64,000 nucleotides of DNA from a virus. Under the pieces are notes generated by a model. The model was not told where the DNA came from and did no database searches. It was given only the letters and a program-made list of their open reading frames with translations. The position numbers were made by a program, and so were the translations under genes. Of the stretch, positions 8,715-18,273 are shown in pieces (the stretch's first letter is position 1; each line of letters begins with the position of its first letter). Where the stretch lies: positions 24,676 to 88,675 of the IMG/VR virus record IMGVR_UViG_3300040809_000464; one strand, given 5' to 3'.

Positions 8715-10544
8715 ATGCCGTGGGCTTTACAATTTGATGGTGTTGATGATGTGCTTGTCGTACCATGCAGTAGTACAACAGTAACAGCAACAATAAACAT
8801 AAAACTTGGCGATGATATCCCAGCTTGGGCAGGAACAAATACCTATCTATTTGATGCAAGGTTAAGTAGATCGGCATATATATATAGAGCGGCATCCAAT
8901 GGCAATGTATATTCAAGCAACGTTTCAAATTTTAAAGTTAACGGTGCGTCAGTTGGTGTTGCTGATCTATTTTCTGCGGTGGCTGGTGATGTTTTATCTT
9001 TTGATTCAGATGTTAGGTTTAATTTTAAATTATTCAATAAGTACGATGAGACTAGCGGTCTGGCTGGAGCGGTTGAGTATGTTGAGCTGGATTATGGCAA
9101 TGGAGTTATACAGCGCAATGACGCAACAGCCAGCGACCATAGCAACACAGGACAGCAGCCTGTACTAGTTGATACCGTTGGATCCAATGACGCTACAGGT
9201 GTTAATATGCCGACAGACGGTAGCGCTTGGGTTGATCTTGGAGGTGGTGCTACACAACTCTTAGTAGATAACTCCTCTCAGATACAAGTTTTAGGGGTAT
9301 CAACGTTAGATACTACTACAGGTTTAATAACGGATAATGCTTTCCAAGAACAAACAGTAGAGAATGTAACACTAGTGAGTGGTGCTACCAGTTTGTCCGT
9401 GTTTAGCTCCTTCCAAGAACAATTCTTAGATACGGCTACACTAGATACTACAACTGGTATTACACCTGATAGTTTAGAGCAATTACAATTACTTAACACT
9501 GTTACGTTAGATACTACAACTGGTATTACACCTGATAGCTTAGCTCAAGTACAGATACTTGAAGCTGCCCTATTAGATACTACAACTGGTATTGTTCCTG
9601 ATAGTTTATCGCAGACACAGGTGTTGGATACAGCATCACTATCGTCAGGTACCAATATCTTAGTAAGTAACCTTCAGCAATTACAATTCACTGAAGAGGT
9701 CTTGCTAGATACGCTCACTGGGTTACTTGTTAATAACTCTTTTCAAGATCAGACAATCACTAATGTCTCCCTCGGTGTTGGTACATCATTACCCGTATCT
9801 GATATAGCCCAAGAACAATTCTTAGATAATGTTGCGGTAGATACCTTAACGGGTTTGCTTGTAGATAATACACACCAGACACAGCAAGTAGCTAATGCAA
9901 GTTTAGACACTGCAACTGCGTTACTAACTGATAGCTTAGTACAACAACAATTCTTAGAAGGTGTGTTACTAGATACTACTACGGGTGTTATACCTAACAA
10001 TACTATACAACTACAGATTGTTGAAAATGTATCCTTATCTACCGATGGGGTATTATTAGCAAGTAGCTTGATACAAGAGCAGTTCTTACAAGGTACTACT
10101 GTAGACACCACTACAGCACTACTAATAGATTCTACGTATCAAGATCAGACTGTAACGAATGTTTCTTTAGATGCTAATATAGATTTATTAGTTGCATCTG
10201 CATATCAAGAACAATATACACAAGAATCCTCTTTAGACACTACTACCAACATTATACCTCATAATAGTTTTCAAATACAGACGGTAACTAATGTAACATT
10301 TGGTGATGATGTAGTAGTTGTAGATAACTCCTATCAAGAGCAATATTTACAAACTGTAGTCGTGATTACTGATGACTCTGTTTATCCAGATAGTTCTATA
10401 CAATTACAATTTGTAGATACCGTGTTCTTAGGTGATAAGGTTAATGGTTATATTACCCTAACTATTACAGAACAAAATAACATATTTGATGTTCAGGTAC
10501 AAGAGTTATCTGAAATCTTTAGTGCAAACATTTATATTAATTAA
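8715..10544 (+). CDS. Fibre-like virion protein: N-terminal LamG/ConA-like domain plus ~22-aa tandem repeats
   Basis: N-terminal WALQFDGVDD; repeated LDTTTG...Q.Q.(L/V)..V.L units. Confidence 0.6.
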   Translation: MPWALQFDGVDDVLVVPCSSTTVTATINIKLGDDIPAWAGTNTYLFDARLSRSAYIYRAASNGNVYSSNVSNFKVNGASVGVADLFSAVAGDVLSFDSDVRFNFKLFNKYDETSGLAGAVEYVELDYGNGVIQRNDATASDHSNTGQQPVLVDTVGSNDATGVNMPTDGSAWVDLGGGATQLLVDNSSQIQVLGVSTLDTTTGLITDNAFQEQTVENVTLVSGATSLSVFSSFQEQFLDTATLDTTTGITPDSLEQLQLLNTVTLDTTTGITPDSLAQVQILEAALLDTTTGIVPDSLSQTQVLDTASLSSGTNILVSNLQQLQFTEEVLLDTLTGLLVNNSFQDQTITNVSLGVGTSLPVSDIAQEQFLDNVAVDTLTGLLVDNTHQTQQVANASLDTATALLTDSLVQQQFLEGVLLDTTTGVIPNNTIQLQIVENVSLSTDGVLLASSLIQEQFLQGTTVDTTTALLIDSTYQDQTVTNVSLDANIDLLVASAYQEQYTQESSLDTTTNIIPHNSFQIQTVTNVTFGDDVVVVDNSYQEQYLQTVVVITDDSVYPDSSIQLQFVDTVFLGDKVNGYITLTITEQNNIFDVQVQELSEIFSANIYIN

Positions 10545-10559
10545 AAAAACGAGGATGAA

Positions 10560-10928
10560 ATGGCTAAAGCTATACCTGATGCTATTATAGATTTACAATT
10601 AGGCGTACTAGAAGGTGATTCAGTTAATGTTAACTCTGCTGAACCTACAAACTACACCGAAGCAACCTCTACTTTCCAGCTTGCTTCACAACCGATCACT
10701 GGTGCCAACTTTACTTATGCTGCTGGAGATGTTAGTGGTCGTAAATGGACATTAACACCTGCAACAGGCACTAACATAGATAACTCTGGTACAGCTACTC
10801 ATGTATCTATCACTAACTTAGGTGATACAACTTTGAGGTTAGTAACTACCTGTACATCTACTGCATTAACAGCCACTAACGCTGTAGATATTAATGCTTT
10901 CCAACATGAAATTCGTGACCCAGCTTAA
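10560..10928 (+). CDS. Virion structural protein
   Basis: 122 aa with GDVSGRK and SGTATH motifs, of the kind found beside repeat-fibre genes in phages. Confidence 0.5.
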   Translation: MAKAIPDAIIDLQLGVLEGDSVNVNSAEPTNYTEATSTFQLASQPITGANFTYAAGDVSGRKWTLTPATGTNIDNSGTATHVSITNLGDTTLRLVTTCTSTALTATNAVDINAFQHEIRDPA

Positions 10929-10939
10929 GGAAATAAAAC

Positions 10940-11152
10940 ATGACAGTTGAAATTAAATTAATCAAAGTAGTAATGCTAGAAGATTACAAACACGGTCGTG
11001 AAACTCTATGGAAAGGTAACTCTTATCCATTAGAAGAGCATGTTGCAGAAACTTTATTAGATGCTGGTGTATGCTCTACAGAGGGTCGTGAAGTTAAAGA
11101 ACGTGCTACAGGACCTTTCAAGATCTACCCGATGACTGTAGACCCGCAGTAA
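10940..11152 (+). CDS. Hypothetical protein
   Basis: 70-aa ORF with AAGGA RBS. Confidence 0.5.
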   Translation: MTVEIKLIKVVMLEDYKHGRETLWKGNSYPLEEHVAETLLDAGVCSTEGREVKERATGPFKIYPMTVDPQ

Positions 11153-11169
11153 TAATATAGGAGGAGCTT

Positions 11170-11484
11170 ATGCCATCTCCTAATAATACATCTTATGTTA
11201 TTGTTAAATCTATACGTAATCAATCTACTGGTGAGATTATCAACGATGCTACTGTAACATTAATAGTATACGACTCTAATGATATCCCTATGACAGGTGA
11301 TACCTTCCCTAAAACACTAACATATATCCCTGATAGTAAAGGTCAGTATGAGGCTACATTATCGGATAGTATCCCTTGGGTTGTTGGAGAGGTCTACACC
11401 TACGAGTATACGGTTTTGTGGATGGGATTAAAAAGAGTCGTTACTTGCACTAAGACTGCTACAGAAGATACTTGTGGTTGTTAA
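11170..11484 (+). CDS. Hypothetical beta-sandwich-like protein
   Basis: 104 aa with GGAGGAG RBS. Confidence 0.5.
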   Translation: MPSPNNTSYVIVKSIRNQSTGEIINDATVTLIVYDSNDIPMTGDTFPKTLTYIPDSKGQYEATLSDSIPWVVGEVYTYEYTVLWMGLKRVVTCTKTATEDTCGC

Positions 11485-11577
11485 TATTACTAACAAAGGT
11501 TAGTAGACTAATTTTAATATAACATAATCATTTAATGGAATGTACACGACAGATGATTTCTCTCAAAAGAGGACATT

Positions 11578-11829
11578 ATGTCAAGCGCGAATTATGTTGT
11601 AGACGACACAGCTTATACATTAGTATCAGCTACAGATAATGTGTTACAGAATAAATCTTCTGTGCATGTTAGAGTTATATTCTCTACAGTGCTTCCTGCT
11701 GTAGATGATGATAGTTATTTCTCAATACCACCCAATCAAGGTTTTGTTACCAAAGATGCACTCCCTGTAGGAAACACCTATGCAAGAGCTGAAGAAGGTA
11801 CTGCTAACGTTGTGGTCGGGGAGGGATAA
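11578..11829 (+). CDS. Hypothetical protein
   Basis: 83 aa with AGAGGA RBS. Confidence 0.5.
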   Translation: MSSANYVVDDTAYTLVSATDNVLQNKSSVHVRVIFSTVLPAVDDDSYFSIPPNQGFVTKDALPVGNTYARAEEGTANVVVGEG

Positions 11830-11831
11830 CT

Positions 11832-11981
11832 ATGATTCTTATTCAAGAATACTTAGTCAATTGGATTATCAATCCAGAAGAACTTATTACTAGAACTACT
11901 CCTACTTTTCCTTGGATTTTAGATACAGGGCAATGGACGGACTCTGCGTTCTGGTTAGATAATTCAGTATGGATAGACTAA
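11832..11981 (+). CDS. Small Trp-rich protein (49 aa, not in the ORF track)
   Basis: MILIQEY...WILDTGQWTDSAFWLDNSVWID; exactly fills the gap between 11829 and 11983; GAGG RBS. Confidence 0.6.
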   Translation: MILIQEYLVNWIINPEELITRTTPTFPWILDTGQWTDSAFWLDNSVWID

Positions 11982-11982
11982 T

Positions 11983-13395
11983 ATGGCTAAGATATCACAA
12001 GTAAATAACGGTGATACTGGCTTAGTATCCCGTAATAAATTAAACGAAGCAATTGAAACTGTAGAAGTAGATGGAACCACTGTAGCAGGCGATGGTAACG
12101 TAGGGACACCTCTTAACGTATTATCTACAGGTTTGGATGCTGATCAGATCCCTTTCACATCAACCACTCCCAATATAACCGAGACAGAGTTAGGTCCAGC
12201 TTTAAACCAAATAGGTAACAGAGCAGCTAACTTAACAAAGGTTATCAATACAGAAGCAGACTTCCCAGCTCCAGTTAGTGGTGTTATCACATTAGAAGAT
12301 AACATAAACTACATTATTGGTCAACCTATCACAACAGCTAACAGGTTTGTCTTAGGAGCTAACAATTCTATAACAGCACGTAACCCGCTTATACCATACC
12401 TAACTTACACTGGTACTGGTACAATGTTCACAGGTACAGATACACCCTTAGAGATGTCTGCTATAGCTATCAACTGCCCTAATGCTGAAGCTTTTAATAT
12501 TACAGGAACTAACTTTGGTACGTTTGTATTATTTACTAAGGTGCTTGTAATATTCGCGCAGAAGTGGGGAACCTTTACTAATACAGATACACTTGATATA
12601 TCTAACTCAGGAAGTCTTTCTGTAGAAGATGGTATCTCACTAGGTGGTAGCTTATATTGGAAGCTTCTCACTATAGACCGTTTAAGTATTAAGACAACTA
12701 ATGCCTCTGCTATTGCTTTAGATGTTGGTGGTTCTGTACACCCTACTTTCAAGGTAAACTCTTTAGAGGTTGAAGGTGTACCGGGTACTATAGGTATATC
12801 TGGTTTAGCTAATTCAGCTAACATTACAGCAGGTACTATAGCAGCAGTTAATGATGGTGGTTTCTTAGGAGGTATGACACCTCTTAGTGGTATAGATGTA
12901 GATGATATTAGATGGTCTTTTGCTAATAATTCTAATCTGGAGAATTCTGTAGTAGCAGCAAACCCTTATGTAGACCCTTTAGCATCACCTCTTACTGTAC
13001 CAATCACTACAGTAGGGACATTTGTAAAGATTAATCAGGGTGCGTGGTTATCTACAATTAGTAAGAAGTTATCTGTAACTACTAATGGTGATGTAGTTAA
13101 TGATACAGAAATACCTCTTCAGTTGGACTGTAATGGTTTCGTAACTATGGAGAAGTCTGGTGGAGGTAGTGATGAATTGGCTGCTAGATTGGTGATCAAT
13201 GACCTACCTAACGATACAGCTTCAGTAGTTACAGAGAACTCTACGCAGAATACCACACCTACTAGTGTACCCCTTGTCGGCTTATTCACATTGCAACCGG
13301 GTGATACTATCTCACTGTACGTAGCTAACTTAGATGGTACATCTGATGTAATAGTACATAATGCTAAGTTCGTAAACTTCAGACTATTCCAATAA
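11983..13395 (+). CDS. Fibre/neck appendage-like structural protein
   Basis: N-terminal NNGDTG..SRNKLN anchoring-type motif, beta-rich body, C-terminal L.PGDTISLYV.N module. Confidence 0.55.
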   Translation: MAKISQVNNGDTGLVSRNKLNEAIETVEVDGTTVAGDGNVGTPLNVLSTGLDADQIPFTSTTPNITETELGPALNQIGNRAANLTKVINTEADFPAPVSGVITLEDNINYIIGQPITTANRFVLGANNSITARNPLIPYLTYTGTGTMFTGTDTPLEMSAIAINCPNAEAFNITGTNFGTFVLFTKVLVIFAQKWGTFTNTDTLDISNSGSLSVEDGISLGGSLYWKLLTIDRLSIKTTNASAIALDVGGSVHPTFKVNSLEVEGVPGTIGISGLANSANITAGTIAAVNDGGFLGGMTPLSGIDVDDIRWSFANNSNLENSVVAANPYVDPLASPLTVPITTVGTFVKINQGAWLSTISKKLSVTTNGDVVNDTEIPLQLDCNGFVTMEKSGGGSDELAARLVINDLPNDTASVVTENSTQNTTPTSVPLVGLFTLQPGDTISLYVANLDGTSDVIVHNAKFVNFRLFQ

Positions 13396-13426
13396 CATTT
13401 AAAATAAAATTAAAAAGGAGACTCTC

Positions 13427-13492
13427 ATGGGTTCTACAACTACACCTAAACGTGGCGGCGGTACTAAACCTAAAAAACCTTCTAACCGTTAA
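13427..13492 (+). CDS. 21-aa basic Gly/Pro-rich peptide MGSTTTPKRGGGTKPKKPSNR (not in the ORF track)
   Basis: Strong AAAGGAG RBS 6 nt before ATG; codons typical of highly expressed genes (AAA, CGT, CCT, GGT). Confidence 0.65.
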   Translation: MGSTTTPKRGGGTKPKKPSNR

Positions 13493-13511
13493 CTTAATAT
13501 TGTAGGTCAAG

Positions 13512-14045
13512 ATGGATATACAAGCTTTCCTAAATACACATTTAATAGACTCTATCTTTATTAGTTTATATTTAATATTAACGCTGATTTATATAAAGTC
13601 TAGGAAGGCTTTTATTCCTCTAGTGTTATCGATTTCAGTAGGATTACCTCTATTCTTTGTAACTAAATATGTAGAGGTATTTGAAAGTATTGAGCATATG
13701 TGGAGGTTCTACTTCATAATGACAATACTAGACTTTGGAGCTTTCTCAGTAGTTACATCTTCATATATAGATCTTAAAAAGAGAGCAGGCTTTTATATAA
13801 AGTTTGGATGTGCTTCTCTAATGATAGCATCTTTCTTCTCTCTAGTAGAGACAGCGTTTAACATAGAAAGAAACTCTATCAGTGATATCTTCTATAAGGT
13901 TATAACTCCATTAGCTCATATTCTCATAATAGTTAACCTGTTCAGAATAGGAGATCAATGTGTCAAAGGATTACCTGATAGCAGTGTTTCTAGGGATAGT
14001 GTTAGTAATAAGAGTAGTACGGATAATAGTGGAGGCTTACCGTGA
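13512..14045 (+). CDS. Multi-pass (~5 TM) membrane protein
   Basis: About five hydrophobic segments; polar tail overlapping the downstream ORFs. Confidence 0.65.
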   Translation: MDIQAFLNTHLIDSIFISLYLILTLIYIKSRKAFIPLVLSISVGLPLFFVTKYVEVFESIEHMWRFYFIMTILDFGAFSVVTSSYIDLKKRAGFYIKFGCASLMIASFFSLVETAFNIERNSISDIFYKVITPLAHILIIVNLFRIGDQCVKGLPDSSVSRDSVSNKSSTDNSGGLP

Positions 14046-14100
14046 TGATCAATGTAATGGAGAGATTGAGTCGAGTACTAACGGAACATCCGATTACTGA
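13960..14100 (+). CDS. Hidden overlapping 46-aa single-TM protein (MSKDYLIAVFLGIVLVIRVVRIIVEAYRDD...)
   Basis: AGGAG-atcaat-GTG at 13960, open to TGA at 14100; one clear hydrophobic helix. Confidence 0.45.
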   Translation: MSKDYLIAVFLGIVLVIRVVRIIVEAYRDDQCNGEIESSTNGTSDY

Positions 14101-14362
14101 TAAACTTACAGTGCAGACTACAGCGATTGCTTCTGGAGCTGGTACTGTTGCAGTGGATACGATGGTACAAGCACAACCTGAAATGTGGTTTGGTTTTACT
14201 ATAGTTGATTGGGCTGCAATCTTCTCAATCTGTTTGGCGTTAATAGCTCTAGGGAAGGAAGTCTTTAAAGGTATTAGAACGTTTAAGAATTTTCTTGAGA
14301 AGAGAAAACAAAAGAAATTAGAAGAACAACAAGAAAAGGAGACTCCAAGCAATGACTTGTGA
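14042..14362 (+). CDS. Holin-like membrane protein
   Basis: GGAGG RBS; TM segment (TIVDWAAIFSICLALIALG) followed by a highly charged basic C-terminus. Confidence 0.5.
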   Translation: MMINVMERLSRVLTEHPITDKLTVQTTAIASGAGTVAVDTMVQAQPEMWFGFTIVDWAAIFSICLALIALGKEVFKGIRTFKNFLEKRKQKKLEEQQEKETPSNDL

Positions 14363-14840
14363 TATTTCTCCACCAGACTTTACTACAGAACTTGGTAAGG
14401 TCAGATACTATTCGGGTGATAGAACTCTTAATGAGAATGGGCAGTATATCATCCCCGATGCAGTGATATTAGAAATACTAGATATGTATGCTGATAAGCC
14501 TTCCTCTTGGAGAGTTTACTACGCTACATTAGATACACTCTTAATGATGAAAACAACCTTTGCCCCTTATGCAGCTAGAAGCAGAGAACGTGAAGGTAGT
14601 GTTGAGGTTGAATTGTATGGTAATGAACGTTATCAGAATATCTGTGACCTGTATGATTGGTTTAGGAAGAAGCCTGACATCATCGTTAAAGACGCTGTAC
14701 AAGGTTCTATCATCATAGGTGGTGTTCGTATAGATAAATACTGTGATGTATTGACTGATGCGAATGGTCTTTATAAAGGCTCTCGTATTGATGATATCTA
14801 TAAAGTTCCAGTTACTTCTAAGGCTCATAAACAACCATAA
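14352..14840 (+). CDS. Head-tail adaptor/connector
   Basis: Synteny (first gene of the neck cluster); VRYY.GD motif. Confidence 0.55.
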   Translation: MTCDISPPDFTTELGKVRYYSGDRTLNENGQYIIPDAVILEILDMYADKPSSWRVYYATLDTLLMMKTTFAPYAARSREREGSVEVELYGNERYQNICDLYDWFRKKPDIIVKDAVQGSIIIGGVRIDKYCDVLTDANGLYKGSRIDDIYKVPVTSKAHKQP

Positions 14841-14857
14841 GAATAAAAGGATAAGTT

Positions 14858-15331
14858 ATGTTGAAAGCATCCCTAAGAACAACAGTTACACATGACTTAG
14901 ACGAAATAATAAGAAACTTAGAAGAACTAGACAACACAGAGGTTTCTGCTGGATATTACGACAGTCAAGAACATCCAGAACATGACCTTACAGTGCCAGA
15001 GATAGCAACGATAAACAACTATGGCTTCTTCAATGTACCTCGCAGACCTTTTATGTCTGATGCAGGGCAGGATAATATAAAAAAGACTACGGAATATATT
15101 GGAGAAGCTATCGTAGATGCTATACAGAATAAACCTGTAGATGATGACCTTCAAAGAGCTGCTGATAACTTAAAACAAAACATACAAGCTCGTATCCTTA
15201 CTAATGATTATGAAGAGAATAGAGAACCTTATAAATCATTCAAGCAAGAGGTATATGGTCATACTAAACCTTTAATAGCTACAGGGTATATGAAAGATAA
15301 TGTGAATACAAGAGTAAAGAAAGGTGGATAG
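14858..15331 (+). CDS. Neck/tail-completion protein
   Basis: IA..NNYG...VPRRPF and KPLIATG.M motifs. Confidence 0.7.
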   Translation: MLKASLRTTVTHDLDEIIRNLEELDNTEVSAGYYDSQEHPEHDLTVPEIATINNYGFFNVPRRPFMSDAGQDNIKKTTEYIGEAIVDAIQNKPVDDDLQRAADNLKQNIQARILTNDYEENREPYKSFKQEVYGHTKPLIATGYMKDNVNTRVKKGG

Positions 15332-15718
15332 ATGATTTCAGGATTTCCTACTACAATGGGTTCGTGGAGACCTAAGCTACTACCAAGATTTACTTACCAA
15401 GCATACCACTACCAAGAAGTCACTGATGCAAGGGGTCGACCTTTAGCGCCAATCACAGAAGAATTTACAATAGAGAATGCTTCAGGACTTCAACCTGTGG
15501 ATGGTGATGTGCAGATGACTTTACCAGAAAACCTTAGAGATAAGGAAGTCTTCTGGTTTGCTACAACTACTCCTGTCAACACTGTAATGAACTTCACTGT
15601 AGAGTTATCTGATAGAGTAGTTGTTAATGGAGTCACTTATATAGTAATACGTAGTAAGAACTGGACCAGTAAGGTTAAGAACCATTATGAGATTTTAGTA
15701 GTGAGAGAGGATACATAA
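15332..15718 (+). CDS. Head closure protein
   Basis: LQPV...LPE.LR..E and D.V.V.G..Y pattern; synteny. Confidence 0.6.
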   Translation: MISGFPTTMGSWRPKLLPRFTYQAYHYQEVTDARGRPLAPITEEFTIENASGLQPVDGDVQMTLPENLRDKEVFWFATTTPVNTVMNFTVELSDRVVVNGVTYIVIRSKNWTSKVKNHYEILVVREDT

Positions 15719-16290
15719 TGAGTTTCTATGATATTAAGGTTACTGTTGAGAATGCTGTATGGGACTTCGTTAAAGATGTCTCTCAGTATGATGATAACAA
15801 CATTACCTTTGGTAAGACTAATAAGATACGCCCAGAAGACCCTTATATCACTATAAGGTTTCTCAATGCAGAGAGGTATGCTAGAGGTAGACGAGAAGGT
15901 TACACTCCTACTTGTGAAGAACAGACAGCAGCAGACTACAAACTACAATTCGAAATAGCTGCATTCAGAGATGACCCTACCAACTCTATAGACCCTTTCG
16001 CTACACTATGGCAAATCACTCATGCTTTTGGTCAACCCTCTCACTTACAAATTTTTAATGATGCTAATATAGGTTTCTCAGATAGTACAAACGTAATAGA
16101 TACGTCTGGTGTACGTGATGGTGCTACTTGGGAACAGTCAGGATCATTCTTCCTTACACTTAATGTTGGCGTCTTAGAGGTAGGTCGTGTACCTATTGAT
16201 ATTATTGAGACAGTCAACATGGAAGCAACACTTTTAGATACAGATGAATCGGTGATCGCTCAAGAGAACATATCTGTAACCAACCCTTAA
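15718..16290 (+). CDS. Tail terminator/neck protein
   Basis: Directly upstream of the sheath gene; P..PYITI motif. Confidence 0.55.
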   Translation: MSFYDIKVTVENAVWDFVKDVSQYDDNNITFGKTNKIRPEDPYITIRFLNAERYARGRREGYTPTCEEQTAADYKLQFEIAAFRDDPTNSIDPFATLWQITHAFGQPSHLQIFNDANIGFSDSTNVIDTSGVRDGATWEQSGSFFLTLNVGVLEVGRVPIDIIETVNMEATLLDTDESVIAQENISVTNP

Positions 16291-16332
16291 ACATTTTAAA
16301 TGTGTACACAACAATAACAATGGAGTCAATAT

Positions 16333-17691
16333 ATGGCTATAGCTGATATTAGTCAAGTAGTCAACGTCACCGTTTCACTTGATACAGCACCAATCCCACA
16401 GCAAGGTTTTGACACGGTTATGTTCTTAGGTGAACATAAAGTCTTCACTGAGCGCTGGAAGGTATATAACACTGCTGCTGATATGCTTAATGATGGTTTT
16501 GAATCTACAGACCCTTCATACTTAGCAATTGCAACTTTATCTAGCGGTCCTAACAAGCCTAAGATTATGATGGTAGGTCGTAGAGAGGTTGATAGCCTCA
16601 CATATACACCTACAGTAGAGAACTTAGCAGTTTACACCTTAGAGCTTAAAGTAAAAAGTAAAGCTTTTGAAGAGTTTACTTTTACATCTGATGCTGATGC
16701 TACTGCTACAGAAATCGTTAATGGTTTGATTGCAGATTTTACAGCTAACGCTACACCAGCTTTAGCAGCAGTGGTTACTCTTACGAATGTAGCTGATGAA
16801 TTAGAGGTTACAGGTACAGACGAGTGGGCAGTAAGAAATGTAACATCTAACTTAAATCCTGCTACAGCATCAAAAGTAGTAACAGAAACTATCCCTGAAG
16901 CCTTAGCTGCTCTTAAAGTAGCAGATGCTACATGGGCATATTTCGGTATTGAATCTAGACTAGCTGTAGATGTTAACGCTGCTAGGGACCATGCAGAATC
17001 TACCACTGAGATATTTGGTTTCTCTACCTCTGGTGCGGAAGGTAAACTACCTAATGGTAACAGCAGCCTAGATGATGCCTACGCAGACTTATCTCAATAC
17101 AGTGTAGGTATCTGGAGTGCTGATGCTGCTATGTATCCTGAGATGGGAATGCTTCGTCCATTAGCTACTGTTCAGATTCCGGGTCAAACTACTCTTCACG
17201 GTCAACAGTTATATGGCATCGCTGTAGATAAAGATTCTACACTCACTAATTCTGAATCTCTTATTGTACGTGGTAAGAACGCTAACACTTATGAACTCAT
17301 TGGTGGTGTTGGTTTTGTACGTGATGGTAAGGTATTCTCTGGTGAGTTTGTTGATAACGTAGACTTAGCTCGTTGGTTTAAAGCTCGCTTACAAGAGAAC
17401 GTATACCAGTTAGTAGTATCTAAAGCTCGTGCAAACACTAAAGTACCTTATACCAACTCAGGTATTGCTATGGTTGGTGATCGTATCATCGAAGTAGTTA
17501 ATCAAGGGATCAATGGTGGAGTCTTTAATGGTGACTTCAATAATGGTCTAGGTTATATCTTAGAGTTACCAGCTTTAGAGGAAATCCCTACTAATGATAG
17601 AGCTAACCGTGTATTGAATGGTGTTAAGATTACAGTACAAACTACTGGTGCAATCTACACTATCAATATCGATGGTATCATCACAGTATAA
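16333..17691 (+). CDS. Tail sheath protein (DUF3383-like)
   Basis: 452 aa with C-terminal KVPYTNSGI..., DRANR and GAI..I.I.G motifs. Confidence 0.85.
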   Translation: MAIADISQVVNVTVSLDTAPIPQQGFDTVMFLGEHKVFTERWKVYNTAADMLNDGFESTDPSYLAIATLSSGPNKPKIMMVGRREVDSLTYTPTVENLAVYTLELKVKSKAFEEFTFTSDADATATEIVNGLIADFTANATPALAAVVTLTNVADELEVTGTDEWAVRNVTSNLNPATASKVVTETIPEALAALKVADATWAYFGIESRLAVDVNAARDHAESTTEIFGFSTSGAEGKLPNGNSSLDDAYADLSQYSVGIWSADAAMYPEMGMLRPLATVQIPGQTTLHGQQLYGIAVDKDSTLTNSESLIVRGKNANTYELIGGVGFVRDGKVFSGEFVDNVDLARWFKARLQENVYQLVVSKARANTKVPYTNSGIAMVGDRIIEVVNQGINGGVFNGDFNNGLGYILELPALEEIPTNDRANRVLNGVKITVQTTGAIYTINIDGIITV

Positions 17692-17708
17692 TAACATAGG
17701 AAATAATA

Positions 17709-18170
17709 ATGGCACAACTATTAGATGTAATTAATCCTTCAACGGATATAGTAAACATCTCTGGTCACGAAGTAACAGGTTTCGCTGATGACTCTATGTT
17801 AACTATTTCTCGTGATGAAGATGTAATGCTTAAGACTGTTGGTGTACAAGGTGATATGACTTTGTATCAAAACCAAAACAGAACAGGTACTCTAACTATC
17901 AGATTGCAAGAGACTTCACCTACGAATGATTTCTTCTCTGGTATCTTAGCAGGTATGAGAACTGGGACTATCAAAGGTGTAGTACCTTTCACTGTTATCC
18001 GTAATGGTTCTTACTCAAGTATCTCTGGTGGTCAGTGTTGGATTCAAGGTCAACCAGATCGTACATACGGTAAAGAGGGTGAAGTATATGAATGGACCTT
18101 CGGAGTGTTCGACTCTGAAGTGGGTATTTTAGGTGCAATAGAACAAGCTCAGGATATTGCTGGTCTATAA
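17709..18170 (+). CDS. Tail tube protein (DUF3277-like)
   Basis: 153 aa after the sheath; GFADDS, GTLTIRLQETSP.N. Confidence 0.8.
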   Translation: MAQLLDVINPSTDIVNISGHEVTGFADDSMLTISRDEDVMLKTVGVQGDMTLYQNQNRTGTLTIRLQETSPTNDFFSGILAGMRTGTIKGVVPFTVIRNGSYSSISGGQCWIQGQPDRTYGKEGEVYEWTFGVFDSEVGILGAIEQAQDIAGL

Positions 18171-18273
18171 TGTACTTATATTTCACACTATATAATTTTT
18201 AGGATTTTCGATTGTCGTGTGGTCATGGAAGACCTTTTTCTTACACGACTTTCATTTTAAGGATTAACACGAC

